Source: an uncultured archaeon
GTDB lineage: Archaea > Nanobdellota > Nanobdellia > Woesearchaeales > CAIVOO01
Assembly: GCA_903907555.1 (NCBI GenBank)
Contig: CAIVOO010000080.1
Location: 1-49,353 of the forward strand
DNA length: 49,353 bases
Reading direction: 5' to 3'
Part shown: piece after piece, positions 14,925-24,453 of the stretch
Position numbering within the stretch: the stretch's first letter is position 1
How the letters are laid out: the number at the start of each line of letters is the position of its first letter
The notes under the pieces: generated by a model
What the model was told of the DNA's origin: nothing
The model's input: the letters and a program-made list of their open reading frames with translations, nothing else
Database searches by the model: none
Position numbers and translations under genes: made by a program

Positions 14925-15557
14925 ATGGAAAAATCTAACAAAATTAAAAAATTATATTTTGCATCATCTAATAAAGCTAAATTAAAAAGATTGCAAACAA
15001 TACTTGCTGAAGTCGATAAAAACATTAAAATCGAATTAGTTCCCGATTACATAGATGTTGAGGAGAAAGGCAAAGATGTTTTGGAAAATGCGGTGATGAA
15101 AGTTTTGCCTTACAAGAGCAAGTATAAAATTCCTGTACTCGGGATGGATACAGCAGTGTTCTTTGAGGGAGAAGATTTTGACCCGACTCACATTAAAAGG
15201 GTGGCATTAAAGGGCATGGACGAATCAAAATTATCGCAAAAAGAAATTGCAGAAAAGATTAAAGATTTTTATGTAAAGCTTGCGAAAAAATATGGAGGTG
15301 AGAAGGAATTCTATTTCGAAGACGGCTGGGCAATTTTATTTCCAGACGGCTCTATTGAAAAAATAAGCTATAAGAGAGAATACATTATGACTGATAAAAT
15401 ACGCGGGCAACTGGACATATTTTTCCCTATGCGTTCGTTGTATATTGTTAAAGCAACTAAAAAAAGTCCAACTGAGCAAACACTTGAAGAAGAATTGTTG
15501 GAATTGAAGCCGCAAATCGAAGCATTCAAAAAGTTGCTCAAGTTTATATACAACTGA
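14925..15557 (+). CDS. Possible Ham1/ITPase-like non-canonical NTP pyrophosphatase
   Basis: The N-terminal YFASSNKAKLKRL and VLGMDTAV weakly resemble the ATGNxxK / DDSGL layout of Ham1-family proteins. Confidence 0.4.
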   Translation: MEKSNKIKKLYFASSNKAKLKRLQTILAEVDKNIKIELVPDYIDVEEKGKDVLENAVMKVLPYKSKYKIPVLGMDTAVFFEGEDFDPTHIKRVALKGMDESKLSQKEIAEKIKDFYVKLAKKYGGEKEFYFEDGWAILFPDGSIEKISYKREYIMTDKIRGQLDIFFPMRSLYIVKATKKSPTEQTLEEELLELKPQIEAFKKLLKFIYN

Positions 15558-15572
15558 CATTTTCTCAATACT

Positions 15573-16118
15573 ATGCGCATATACAAAGACATCAATGAAA
15601 ATCTTGATGAAATCGCTTTCGAGATAGAATGCGGAGCAGTATTCATCTATCCTACTGACACAATCTACGGCATTGGCTGCAATGCTCTCGATTCTGCTGC
15701 AGTAAAAAAGATTAGAGAAATAAAAAAGCGAGACCAGAAGCCTTTCTCAGTCATTGCACCGAGCAAGGAATGGATTGAAAGGAACTGTGAAATTGACAAG
15801 AAATACCTGAAAAAGCTTCCAGGAAAGTACACATTAATACTAAAAATCAAGAACAAGGAATGCATAGCTCCAGAAGTTTCGAAAGGAAAGCTCGGAGTGA
15901 GAATTCCTAAGCACGAAATCTCAAAATTAGTTGAAAAGCTCGGCTTCCCGATAGTAACTACAAGCGTCAATCTTTCAGGAGAGAATCCAACGACTTCTTT
16001 GAAAACTTTAAAGAAAGAGATAGAAAAGATGGTTGATTTTGCAATAGATGAAGGAAAGCTGGAAGGAAAGCCAAGCAAAGTAATTGATATGACAACCAAG
16101 AAAATCTTGAGAACTTAA
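15573..16118 (+). CDS. tsaC: Threonylcarbamoyl-AMP synthase (YrdC/Sua5 family)
   Basis: FIYPTDTIYGIGCNA, KKRDQKPFSV and TTSVNLSGE motifs. Confidence 0.85.
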   Translation: MRIYKDINENLDEIAFEIECGAVFIYPTDTIYGIGCNALDSAAVKKIREIKKRDQKPFSVIAPSKEWIERNCEIDKKYLKKLPGKYTLILKIKNKECIAPEVSKGKLGVRIPKHEISKLVEKLGFPIVTTSVNLSGENPTTSLKTLKKEIEKMVDFAIDEGKLEGKPSKVIDMTTKKILRT

Positions 16119-16921
16119 GTATTAATTATGTATGTGCAATGGTTGTAGCTTACGTAATCAAGGCTTATCCTTAACTTATTGTAAACCACTTTTGTCTCGC
16201 GATTGTGAAGAGTGAATTTAACATCATTGTTGACGGAAAAATCGCAGTAGAATTGCTTGATGTCAGTTACTGTAACATTGTATCTTACTCCATCTATTAT
16301 TAATTTTTCCGTATCATTCCGCTCAACATCAAAAAATGTCGTGTTTGTTGGCTCCTCGTAATTAATGCCCCAGTGGTAGATGCTTATTTCTGGAGTATAT
16401 TCTTTAGAAACTGACGTGTTATCCTTAATATTGCATTTGATATTTGTATTGTTAACTTTAACCATCCCATTTATCGGTCCTTCGTACATGAAACTCAGCA
16501 ATTTAGAATAATTTTTTCCAGCATAAAGATTAAATTTGTTGTCATTAAATATGATGCCAATCTTTTCCCTAAGAATGTTGCATTCAACAGGCACATTGCC
16601 TAAATTGACAACCCAAAGATAATACTGTGCCCAATCTTCATATGTATCAACGCCAGAAATTTTGCTTCCATTAATATCGCCGTAATAAACACCAACGCTA
16701 AAAACTTGTTTAGGTTCATTGTTTACAGCAGGCGCGCTTGTATTTTCAGGCGCTTGCTTTACTAAAGTTTCATCCTTATCGCATATCTTATTGTCATTTG
16801 CATCAAGACAGCATTCGCTGCCTATCTGCATGTATGGCTTATTGCATAAGAATGATTTTTGCGCTGAGCATGCTGCCAGAATCAGTATTAATAGTGTAAT
16901 CAAAAAGGCTAATTTTTTCAT
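16115..16921 (-). CDS. Secreted lipoprotein-like protein
   Basis: Signal peptide MKKLAFLITLLILILAAC followed by Cys. The mature part is Asn-rich and Cys-containing. Confidence 0.65.
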   Translation of the reverse strand: MKKLAFLITLLILILAACSAQKSFLCNKPYMQIGSECCLDANDNKICDKDETLVKQAPENTSAPAVNNEPKQVFSVGVYYGDINGSKISGVDTYEDWAQYYLWVVNLGNVPVECNILREKIGIIFNDNKFNLYAGKNYSKLLSFMYEGPINGMVKVNNTNIKCNIKDNTSVSKEYTPEISIYHWGINYEEPTNTTFFDVERNDTEKLIIDGVRYNVTVTDIKQFYCDFSVNNDVKFTLHNRETKVVYNKLRISLDYVSYNHCTYIINT

Positions 16922-16960
16922 GCCTTTTCTAGAGCACTTGCAATTTAAAAGCTTAACTAT

Positions 16961-17158
16961 TTACTTGCTTTTTCTAAGTGGTTCATACCCTTGGCAGATT
17001 GTATCATATCCTTTGCATTCAATACAGCTAGAACCTTCAGTATAACCTGTCCACATAGCCTGGTCCTTCTTAAAACACAATACAGGATTGACTACTGGCT
17101 TTATTTGCGCATCTGCGCAAAGCGCGTCAATGCCATTTTTTTCTGCCTCTTTCGGCAA
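16961..17158 (-). CDS. Small Cys-rich protein, apparently co-transcribed downstream of the RSH gene
   Basis: TTG start preceded by GAGGTGAGGGAAGT, located 20 nt after the RSH stop. Six Cys in 65 aa. Confidence 0.4.
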   Translation of the reverse strand: MPKEAEKNGIDALCADAQIKPVVNPVLCFKKDQAMWTGYTEGSSCIECKGYDTICQGYEPLRKSK

Positions 17159-17178
17159 ACTTCCCTCACCTCTGAAAA

Positions 17179-19101
17179 TTATATCTTTCCTAAGTAAACT
17201 TTCTTGACTCCCTGCACCCTCTTGACCCTGTTTATCAAATCCTTAAGGTGCTCTAAATCATCAATCGCAAGCGCAAACCTGCATTCTGCAAGGTCAGGGC
17301 TTATTATTTTCGCATTTGCGCCCTGGACATTTGTTCCGGTGGCTGCGATAGTGTTCAGCACATCTGCGAACAAGCCAACCCTGTCAACTGTTTCAAGAAT
17401 TACCTCGACAGTTCCTACATAATCATTCTTCCATTTTGACTTTACTCTCTTTTGTACAACCCTGCCTTTCTCAAGCGCTTCGCAATCCTGCCTGTGCACA
17501 GTGATTATGTTCGTCTTTCCTTTCAGCCCGATTATGTCTTCCCCAGGCAGAGGGTTGCAGCATTTGCTAAGCCTTATTGTCGGGTTTTCATATTTCTCTG
17601 TGATTATCAGATTCTTTGAAATCTCCTCGCTTTCTGCCTCTACCGGATGATATCTTCTCACAGGCATCTTGCCGGATTCTTGAAGATGCTTTCTTATTTT
17701 CTGCTTTGCCTTGTTTGTCTTGGCTATCTTCATCCAGTTCCTGCTCGGCTTCTGGTTTTTTGAAGTAAGAATTTCAACGACATCGCCTGTCTTGAGCTCT
17801 GTCCTTATTGAAGAGAATGTGCCGTTAATTTTCGCTCCTGTGCATCGGTCCCCAAGATTCGAGTGGACTGCGTAAGCCAGGTCAATCACAGTCGAGCCGC
17901 TTGGCAGTTCGATAACATCGCCTTTCGGAGTGAAAACATAAATCTCATTCCCGAAGAAATCAACTTCCACAGATTCGACAAACTCCTGCGGGCTTGTTGT
18001 GCTCTTCTGCCAGTCCATTATCTGCTTAAGCCAGGAAAGTTTCTTGTCGAATTTTGAATCATCTGTCTTGACGTCCTTGTATTCCCAGTGGGCAGCGACT
18101 CCTTCCTCGGCAATCCTGTCCATTTCAGCAGTCCTTATCTGGATTTCAACAATCTGCCCGCTTTCTGTTATAGCGATTGTGTGCAATGATTGGTACATAT
18201 TGGTTTTCGGCATTGCAATGTAATCCTTGAATCTTCTCGGGATTGGTTTCCACATCCCGTGTATGAGCCCAAGAACTTCATAGCAGTCCTTTACGGATTT
18301 TGTGATTATCCTCATGCCTATGACATCATATATCTCATCAAAATTTCTTTCTTTTCTCTGCATCTTTCTCCAGATGCTGTAAATATCTTTCGCCCTTCCA
18401 TGGATTGCTGCTTCTATGTGTGCGTCTTTCAAGGCATTCTTGACAATTTTCTTGATAATCTCAACCTCTTCCTCACGCTCTTTCTGGTTTTTCTTTATCT
18501 TTTCCTCAATTTCACTGTATTTTTCAGGTTCTAGTATCTTGAATGCCAAATCTTCAAGCTCTGATTTGATTTTGTCTATTCCAAGCCTGTACGCGAGAGG
18601 GGCATAAACATCCATGACTTCTTTCGCAATCCTTATCTGCTTCTCCCTTGGCAGGTAGCCAAGAGTTCGCATGTTATGCAGCTTGTCGCACAACTTTATT
18701 ATGAGAACCCTGATGTCTTTTGCTGTTGCAAAAAGCATTTTTCTTAATGATTCAGCTTGATATTCTTCCCTGCTCTTGGCTTTCAGTTCAGTAATCTTGG
18801 TAACTCCGTCAACAAGCAGGGCAACATCTGCGCCAAAAGCTTTCTTTATGTAATTAACGTCATAATTGGCATCTTCTATGACATCATGAAGAAGCGCTGC
18901 GCAGATAGACTCATCATCCATCTGGAATTCTGCAAGAATATATGCAACATTAAGCGGGTGTTCGATATAAGGCTCCCCGGAAGCCCTCTTGTCATTCTTG
19001 TGGGCTTCTGCAGCAACTTCATAGGCCTTCTCTATAAGCTTGAAGTCTGCATTCTGGTTGTATTCCCTTACCTTCTTGAGAACGTCCTGTATTGTCGTCA
19101 T
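17179..19101 (-). CDS. Long RelA/SpoT homolog (bifunctional (p)ppGpp synthetase/hydrolase architecture)
   Basis: HD domain (HPLNVAYIL...LLHDVIED) and synthetase domain (RAKDIYSIWRKM, MRIITKSV, YQSLHT, EIQIRT, AHWEYK). TGS domain (VFTPKGDVIELP...GDVVEILT) and a C-terminal ACT-like domain. Confidence 0.9.
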   Translation of the reverse strand: MTTIQDVLKKVREYNQNADFKLIEKAYEVAAEAHKNDKRASGEPYIEHPLNVAYILAEFQMDDESICAALLHDVIEDANYDVNYIKKAFGADVALLVDGVTKITELKAKSREEYQAESLRKMLFATAKDIRVLIIKLCDKLHNMRTLGYLPREKQIRIAKEVMDVYAPLAYRLGIDKIKSELEDLAFKILEPEKYSEIEEKIKKNQKEREEEVEIIKKIVKNALKDAHIEAAIHGRAKDIYSIWRKMQRKERNFDEIYDVIGMRIITKSVKDCYEVLGLIHGMWKPIPRRFKDYIAMPKTNMYQSLHTIAITESGQIVEIQIRTAEMDRIAEEGVAAHWEYKDVKTDDSKFDKKLSWLKQIMDWQKSTTSPQEFVESVEVDFFGNEIYVFTPKGDVIELPSGSTVIDLAYAVHSNLGDRCTGAKINGTFSSIRTELKTGDVVEILTSKNQKPSRNWMKIAKTNKAKQKIRKHLQESGKMPVRRYHPVEAESEEISKNLIITEKYENPTIRLSKCCNPLPGEDIIGLKGKTNIITVHRQDCEALEKGRVVQKRVKSKWKNDYVGTVEVILETVDRVGLFADVLNTIAATGTNVQGANAKIISPDLAECRFALAIDDLEHLKDLINRVKRVQGVKKVYLGKI

Positions 19102-19156
19102 GGCAGTTTATAAAGTGAGGCAAATATTTAAATATTCCTAAGCCCGCTCTTCATAT

Positions 19157-20230
19157 ATGGCTCTTTTCAAGGATATGCTGAATAGCGGAGAATCTCTTTT
19201 TGTCAATGAAATAGCTCTGGACTATGATTTCATTCCGAAGGTTGTTCCTTACAGGGAGACGCAGCAGAGATACCTTGCAGCCTGCATAAAACCGCTCCTG
19301 AACCAAAGGAATGGCAGGAACGTCATAATGCTCGGACCGCCTGGCGTAGGAAAGACTGTTGCCTGCAAGCATGTTCTTCAGGAGCTGGAAGAAACAACTG
19401 ATGATGTTATTTTGGTATACATCAACTGCTGGCAGAAGAACACAACATACAAGGTTGTAATCGCGATGTGCGACATCCTTGGCTACAAGTTCACGCAGAA
19501 CAAAAAGACAGAAGAACTGTTTGAAATTGTAAAGAACATGCTCAACAAGAAATCAACAGTTTTTGTTTTTGATGAGATAGACAAGGCAGAAGATTATGAT
19601 TTCCTATACTCGCTTCTTGAAGAGATTTACAGGAAATCAATTTTCCTCATAACAAACTACAAATCCTGGATTGACGAGATGGACGAAAGGATAAGGTCAA
19701 GATTGTTGCCAGACATTCTCGAGTTCAAGCCTTACAATGCAATCGAGACTAAGGGAATATTGCAGGAAAGGGCTGGCTATGCATTTCCGCCAAATGCGTT
19801 CGAGCCTGCTGCATTCGATTTCCTTGCAAAGAAAACTTTTGAAGTAGGAGACATAAGGGCGGGGCTTCACCTGCTGCGCGAGTCCGGGCTGATAGCAGAG
19901 GATTCCAGCTCAAAAAAGATAACTCTGGAGCATGCGCAGAAAGCCTGTTCCAAGCTTCAGACATTCTCAGCAAAAGATACAGAAGAGCTTGATGAAGATT
20001 CAAAAAAAATACTTGAGCTTATCCGAGGAAATTCAGGAAAAAAGATAGGTGACTTGTTCAAGATTTACCAGGAGCTCGGCGGACAGCTTGTTTACAAGTC
20101 TTTCCAAAGAAGAGTTAACAAGCTCGATGAAAACAAATTCATAAAGACAGAGAAGCTTGTCGGCGGAGCCGAGGGGAATACAACAATTCTAAAAATAGCA
20201 ATAGACAAGAAGCTTACAGAGTTTGATTAA
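19157..20230 (+). CDS. Orc1/Cdc6 replication initiator
   Basis: FIPKVVPYRETQ, Walker A GPPGVGKT, Walker B VFVFDEID and a C-terminal winged helix. Confidence 0.9.
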   Translation: MALFKDMLNSGESLFVNEIALDYDFIPKVVPYRETQQRYLAACIKPLLNQRNGRNVIMLGPPGVGKTVACKHVLQELEETTDDVILVYINCWQKNTTYKVVIAMCDILGYKFTQNKKTEELFEIVKNMLNKKSTVFVFDEIDKAEDYDFLYSLLEEIYRKSIFLITNYKSWIDEMDERIRSRLLPDILEFKPYNAIETKGILQERAGYAFPPNAFEPAAFDFLAKKTFEVGDIRAGLHLLRESGLIAEDSSSKKITLEHAQKACSKLQTFSAKDTEELDEDSKKILELIRGNSGKKIGDLFKIYQELGGQLVYKSFQRRVNKLDENKFIKTEKLVGGAEGNTTILKIAIDKKLTEFD

Positions 20231-20234
20231 AAAA

Positions 20235-20795
20235 TTATCTTCTAAGTTCTTTTTTAACCAATGTCGCAACCTGGTGAGGGATTATTTTTGTAAGCTTGTA
20301 TTTCTTCATGAACTTATCAACAGTTTCCATGTTCTTTTTCAGGGATTGTTTTTCTGTTTTACAAACAATTTCCACAGTAGCCGGTATGTGTTCCACTTCT
20401 TCGATATAAATCGACAAATTGTTTTGCATAAATTCTTGTGTAGTTCTATTAAATGAGAATAAAGTTTTTAGCTTGTCGGGTAAATATCTTTGTGCTTCTT
20501 GTAGTGAAGAGCACTCCTTCATAGGCATCCCGACAGGCATATCAAAGATTTGAAATCCAGACGACCAAATGATGTTTGCCTTGAAAAATGGATAGAACTT
20601 GCCAACTTTCATAGAGGGCCAAACATTTTTGTGAATTTCACGCACCCAAAACAGGTTTTTATCAGTATTTGCAGAACCGAAAACATAATCTGTAAAATTC
20701 GCCTCGCCTACAAATTTTGCATATTTCTTCATATCTGTCAAGAAGTTTTTATCAGTAAGATATGCACGTTTACAGGCATAATGAGATAATGTCAT
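20235..20795 (-). CDS. Hypothetical protein (weak CYTH-like C-terminal pattern)
   Basis: 186-aa ORF. IYIEEVEHIPATVEI loosely resembles the CYTH beta-barrel EIE strand, but this is not secure. Confidence 0.5.
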   Translation of the reverse strand: MTLSHYACKRAYLTDKNFLTDMKKYAKFVGEANFTDYVFGSANTDKNLFWVREIHKNVWPSMKVGKFYPFFKANIIWSSGFQIFDMPVGMPMKECSSLQEAQRYLPDKLKTLFSFNRTTQEFMQNNLSIYIEEVEHIPATVEIVCKTEKQSLKKNMETVDKFMKKYKLTKIIPHQVATLVKKELRR

Positions 20796-20856
20796 ACGAT
20801 TAGTTTTGTTGTATTATACTTATATATTTATCCAAAGTAAAATAAAAAATAAATCT

Positions 20857-21462
20857 TTATTCTTCCATGAAATCATCTATAGCGTAAGGCATTTCCTTGT
20901 CTCTTGGCAATAATCCCCTGTTATGCATGTATTCCCTTGCAAGTATCCAGAAGAATAATCCCAATGATTTCTTTCCTTTGTTGTTGCACGGAACAACCAA
21001 ATCTATTTTGTTTGAAGAATTGTTTGTATCGCACAAAGCAACTACCGGGATTCCAATCCTTAAGGCATCCTCAACAGCATTCTTGTCAGGCCATGCATCT
21101 GTAACTATCATCAGCTTGAACTCGACAAAATCTTTCAGCATCATGTTGGTAAGCATTCCTGGAGTGTATCTGCCTGGAAAAACCTTTATGCCTGTTACCT
21201 TGTTGAACATCTTGACAGCTTTCCAGCCGTTCTCTCTCTTGCTGACAACAATAATCTCTTCAGGCGTATACTGCGAGATGAATCTTGTAGCAACCCTTAT
21301 TCTTTCATCAATCTTCTGCAGGTTCATCACAACAAGTCCGTCAGGCTTTATCTTGTAGATGAAATTGCTCATGTAGCTTGTCTTGAATTTTGTTCCTATG
21401 TGTATGCCTGCCTTCAGGTACTGCTCCATCGGCACCAGCAAATCTGTTTGTTCATCTGTCAT
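20857..21462 (-). CDS. rps2: 30S ribosomal protein uS2 (archaeal/eukaryotic type)
   Basis: YLKAGIHIGTKFKTSYM, DPRxD-like TDAWPDKNAV and PVVALCDTNN. Confidence 0.92.
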   Translation of the reverse strand: MTDEQTDLLVPMEQYLKAGIHIGTKFKTSYMSNFIYKIKPDGLVVMNLQKIDERIRVATRFISQYTPEEIIVVSKRENGWKAVKMFNKVTGIKVFPGRYTPGMLTNMMLKDFVEFKLMIVTDAWPDKNAVEDALRIGIPVVALCDTNNSSNKIDLVVPCNNKGKKSLGLFFWILAREYMHNRGLLPRDKEMPYAIDDFMEE

Positions 21463-21647
21463 TTTAATGCTCCGCTAGAATACGATTAGATGTATTCTTG
21501 CATTTTTGTTGCCTCAGCAAGTTATTGCTTCGCACCATTACCGATATGCGAAGCGTTCGGCAATAGACAAATGAGAACTCGGGTGGTTTATAAATCTTTC
21601 CCAGCTTTGCCGATAGATTTTTAAACCATCAAATTTTCTGCAATCTT

Positions 21648-21824
21648 ATGTCACAGGACAACAAGATAAGAATGCCATCCTCAATGGGAGGGCTTGTAAG
21701 CTATTTCGATGAGTACAAATCAAAAATTGAGATTAAGCCAGGTGTTGCCATAATTGCAATAATTGCTATAATAATTCTGGCAATAGTTATGAATTTTTAC
21801 GCAAAAAGTTTGTTCGGATTCTAG
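21648..21824 (+). CDS. Preprotein translocase subunit Sec61-beta (58 aa, below the track cut-off)
   Basis: MSQDNKIRMPSSMGGLVSYFDEYKSKIEIKPGVAIIAIIAIIILAIV has the conserved GL..YFDE motif followed by one C-terminal TM helix. Confidence 0.75.
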   Translation: MSQDNKIRMPSSMGGLVSYFDEYKSKIEIKPGVAIIAIIAIIILAIVMNFYAKSLFGF

Positions 21825-22513
21825 AACTTCCATTCTTTTATTACTCTTTCCCAGCTTTCAAAGGTTCCTGTATCAAACCACAATGCATCGGATTTGTATC
21901 CGTAAAGCCTTCCCATCTTTGCGATTGCAGGAAAGACATCTTTCTCAAGCATAAAGGATTTTTTGTCCGGCAGGTTATCAAATATTTCTTCATTGAAGAT
22001 ATAATATCCTGAGTTTATGTAATGTGATGGCGCTTCCTCTTTCTTCGGCTTCTCAACAAATTCAATTATCTTATCGCCTTCTAACTTAACAACCCCATAT
22101 CTGCTCGTGTCTTCCACGTGTTTCAAGGCTATTGTTATCATTGCATTGTGCTTCTTGTGGAATTTCAGCAATTCATTGAAATCAATTGCGAAAAGATTGT
22201 CTCCGTTAACTACAATGAAATCATCTTTTATCCTGTCAGTCATCTTCATCCAGCCGCCTGTTCCAACCAGACCTTTTTCAACGATATAAGAAAGTTTTAC
22301 TCCAACATCTTTGTTCTTGAAATAATCCATAATCTGTTCTGCCTTGTAGCCAACTGCAAGCGTAGCTTCCTTTATGCCTGCTTTCTTCAGAACGTCAAGT
22401 GTATGCTCTGTCAGGCTTCTGCCTTGTACAGGAATGAGTGGCTTCGGTATCTCCAAGGTAACCGGAATAAGCCTTGTCCCCAAACCGCCTGCAAGAATAA
22501 CTGCTTTGTCCAT
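21821..22513 (-). CDS. Sugar-phosphate nucleotidyltransferase
   Basis: N-terminal AVILAGGLGTRLIPVT...PKPLIPV motif. Confidence 0.85.
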   Translation of the reverse strand: MDKAVILAGGLGTRLIPVTLEIPKPLIPVQGRSLTEHTLDVLKKAGIKEATLAVGYKAEQIMDYFKNKDVGVKLSYIVEKGLVGTGGWMKMTDRIKDDFIVVNGDNLFAIDFNELLKFHKKHNAMITIALKHVEDTSRYGVVKLEGDKIIEFVEKPKKEEAPSHYINSGYYIFNEEIFDNLPDKKSFMLEKDVFPAIAKMGRLYGYKSDALWFDTGTFESWERVIKEWKF

Positions 22514-22565
22514 AAAACCTATTTCTAGAAGTAGGTTATAAACTTTGTTAATATTTGATATTGAG

Positions 22566-23633
22566 TTATGTTTTAGATATTGACCTATAATAAATTCGAG
22601 CTAAATCTACAGATGCCATTAAATTAACATTTTTCTTGAAGTCAGAAGGATCAGCGTGAGCTCTAAAGTTAAATACTTTTCCAGTAAATGCAAAATTCAC
22701 TTCTGAAGGTATGACATTTATATTTCCTTTGATAATCTTGTTCGGATCAAAACTTGTAGCCACCTTAACATCAATCACTCCATAGTCTGTGGTTAGTTTT
22801 AGAGAAGCACTAGTCTTTTGTTGAAGTAAATCTGCATCAAAAGTGATTCCTCCGCCTGTATTTTGATTAATAAGGGCCACTTTCGGTTTAAGGGTGTAAT
22901 AAATCTGAGCGGATGATAGCGAATCAAAACTCGTCCCATCAACTTTCAGGTTTTCCACTTGACCTGAAAAAGTTGGTTGTCCTTTCTCTAAATATGCAAC
23001 ATTTCTACCAATTTGTGCAAGGCCTGATGGTATTTTGCTCTCTGTTGAAAGTCCAAAGTCCATACTGCCATCTTTTGTTTCTAATTTTAAATTATCAGAA
23101 GCGACGACAGAGGGGTTTTCAAATTTTACTTGACTACTCTTTCCCAAACCTATTTGTTCTGTATTCTCAAAATCAAATGTTCCATATAATGCCTTTTTTT
23201 CAGATTCTAAAGGCTTACCTGGAGCAGTTGTTAACTCGAACCCTCCATTCTGAAGTGATTTCACACCTATGCCTCGGAATGCTTGATTGTTAAGATCCAG
23301 ATCCATCTTTCCATTCGTAAGCACTCCGTTTTTGTATGTTGTGTGGCCTTGTGTCAAATCTATGCCTGCAAATCCAGGATGTTTGTTCACAATTGCTTGC
23401 TGCGAATTGGGATAGCTGCTTAAGTCGCCTGCATTGTTTAAGTTGTCTCCATATCCCCACTGCTCTGCTGTTATTGCTCCAGCATTGCCAGACGCGATTG
23501 CCTGTTGCACATTTATTTTATCAGCAGGGGAATTTGCTATTGATGTTGGGTTTGTATAATCTGTAATATTTTCTTGAGCTATCGCTATCTGAACTGATAT
23601 CAAAAGGAACATCAGAAGAATTATCTTTTTCAT
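22566..23633 (-). CDS. Secreted protein
   Basis: Signal peptide MKKIILLMFLLISVQIAIA. The mature part is Gly/Asn/Thr-rich. Confidence 0.65.
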   Translation of the reverse strand: MKKIILLMFLLISVQIAIAQENITDYTNPTSIANSPADKINVQQAIASGNAGAITAEQWGYGDNLNNAGDLSSYPNSQQAIVNKHPGFAGIDLTQGHTTYKNGVLTNGKMDLDLNNQAFRGIGVKSLQNGGFELTTAPGKPLESEKKALYGTFDFENTEQIGLGKSSQVKFENPSVVASDNLKLETKDGSMDFGLSTESKIPSGLAQIGRNVAYLEKGQPTFSGQVENLKVDGTSFDSLSSAQIYYTLKPKVALINQNTGGGITFDADLLQQKTSASLKLTTDYGVIDVKVATSFDPNKIIKGNINVIPSEVNFAFTGKVFNFRAHADPSDFKKNVNLMASVDLARIYYRSISKT

Positions 23634-24421
23634 TTATCCACCTCTGCAGCGAATAAATAAAATACAGGTTTTTTGTTTATTATGCTTTCATTGTCAACTA
23701 TGGAAAATAGATATGTATTATTTTCTGTGTAAGCTACATCATAACTGTAATTTTGCAGAAGCAGATAGTATATGTCCACAATTCCCGGATTATTTTTCAG
23801 ATGGTTTGAGAAATCATCCATAAAAACACTGAACTTCTTCAAATTGACATCATAAGTCACTGGAGCAAACTCGCCAAGCTCTTTTTCAGCATTATTGAGA
23901 ATCAATTTTATTGGCATATCAACTTTGAATATTGTTTTGTTCTCCTGTAAGTTTGCTGTAACAGTAAGATTTCCTAATGAAACTTCTGCTCCTTGATATG
24001 TTGTTTTCCCGCTGGTATTTTCAAAAGGCATGCATGATGGCAAAGTCACACTTAGAATATTAGCAAGTCTTCGGTTAACATTCTCTATTGAATAATTATC
24101 AACCTCGCCATGCCTGTATACATAATTGCTGTACAAGTCGCTTTCATTCAAAAAATCTTTCTCAAGATAATCTTTTCCTCCCAGCATTCCAAAAAGCCTT
24201 ATCGATGTTTCGCCTTGCGCAAGTATGCAGTCTTGCATTGCAAGATTCAGGCTCTGCGCCTTATTATTCAGCTCAGCAGAATTTTGTGCGCTCTCAATTT
24301 TCTCTTGGCTGCTATTATTTTTCAGATAGAAAACTGAAGCAGATATTGCAATTATTATGATTCCGATGATGATGAATACAGAAACTTGTCCGACTTTCAT
24401 ATTTTTCATTAAAACAAACAA
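23630..24421 (-). CDS. Pilin-like (class III signal) membrane-anchored protein
   Basis: MKNMKVGQVSVFIIIGIIIIAIS has a K-x-G-Q motif followed by a hydrophobic helix. 4-nt overlap with the downstream gene. Confidence 0.6.
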   Translation of the reverse strand: MFVLMKNMKVGQVSVFIIIGIIIIAISASVFYLKNNSSQEKIESAQNSAELNNKAQSLNLAMQDCILAQGETSIRLFGMLGGKDYLEKDFLNESDLYSNYVYRHGEVDNYSIENVNRRLANILSVTLPSCMPFENTSGKTTYQGAEVSLGNLTVTANLQENKTIFKVDMPIKLILNNAEKELGEFAPVTYDVNLKKFSVFMDDFSNHLKNNPGIVDIYYLLLQNYSYDVAYTENNTYLFSIVDNESIINKKPVFYLFAAEVDK

Positions 24422-24453
24422 CTTTATAAATATGTTCCATTTTTACAAGTTTT

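Noticed and set aside
17204-19113. Multiple plus-strand ORFs (60-118 aa) inside the RSH gene
   Set aside because: All are antisense to a 640-aa ORF with unambiguous RelA/SpoT motifs. They have Phe/Leu/Ser-rich shadow-frame composition.
19102-19156. A replication origin next to orc1/cdc6
   Set aside because: The upstream spacer is only 55 nt and the downstream gap only 4 nt. I could not find repeated origin-recognition-box-like elements or an AT-rich unwinding stretch flanked by inverted repeats.
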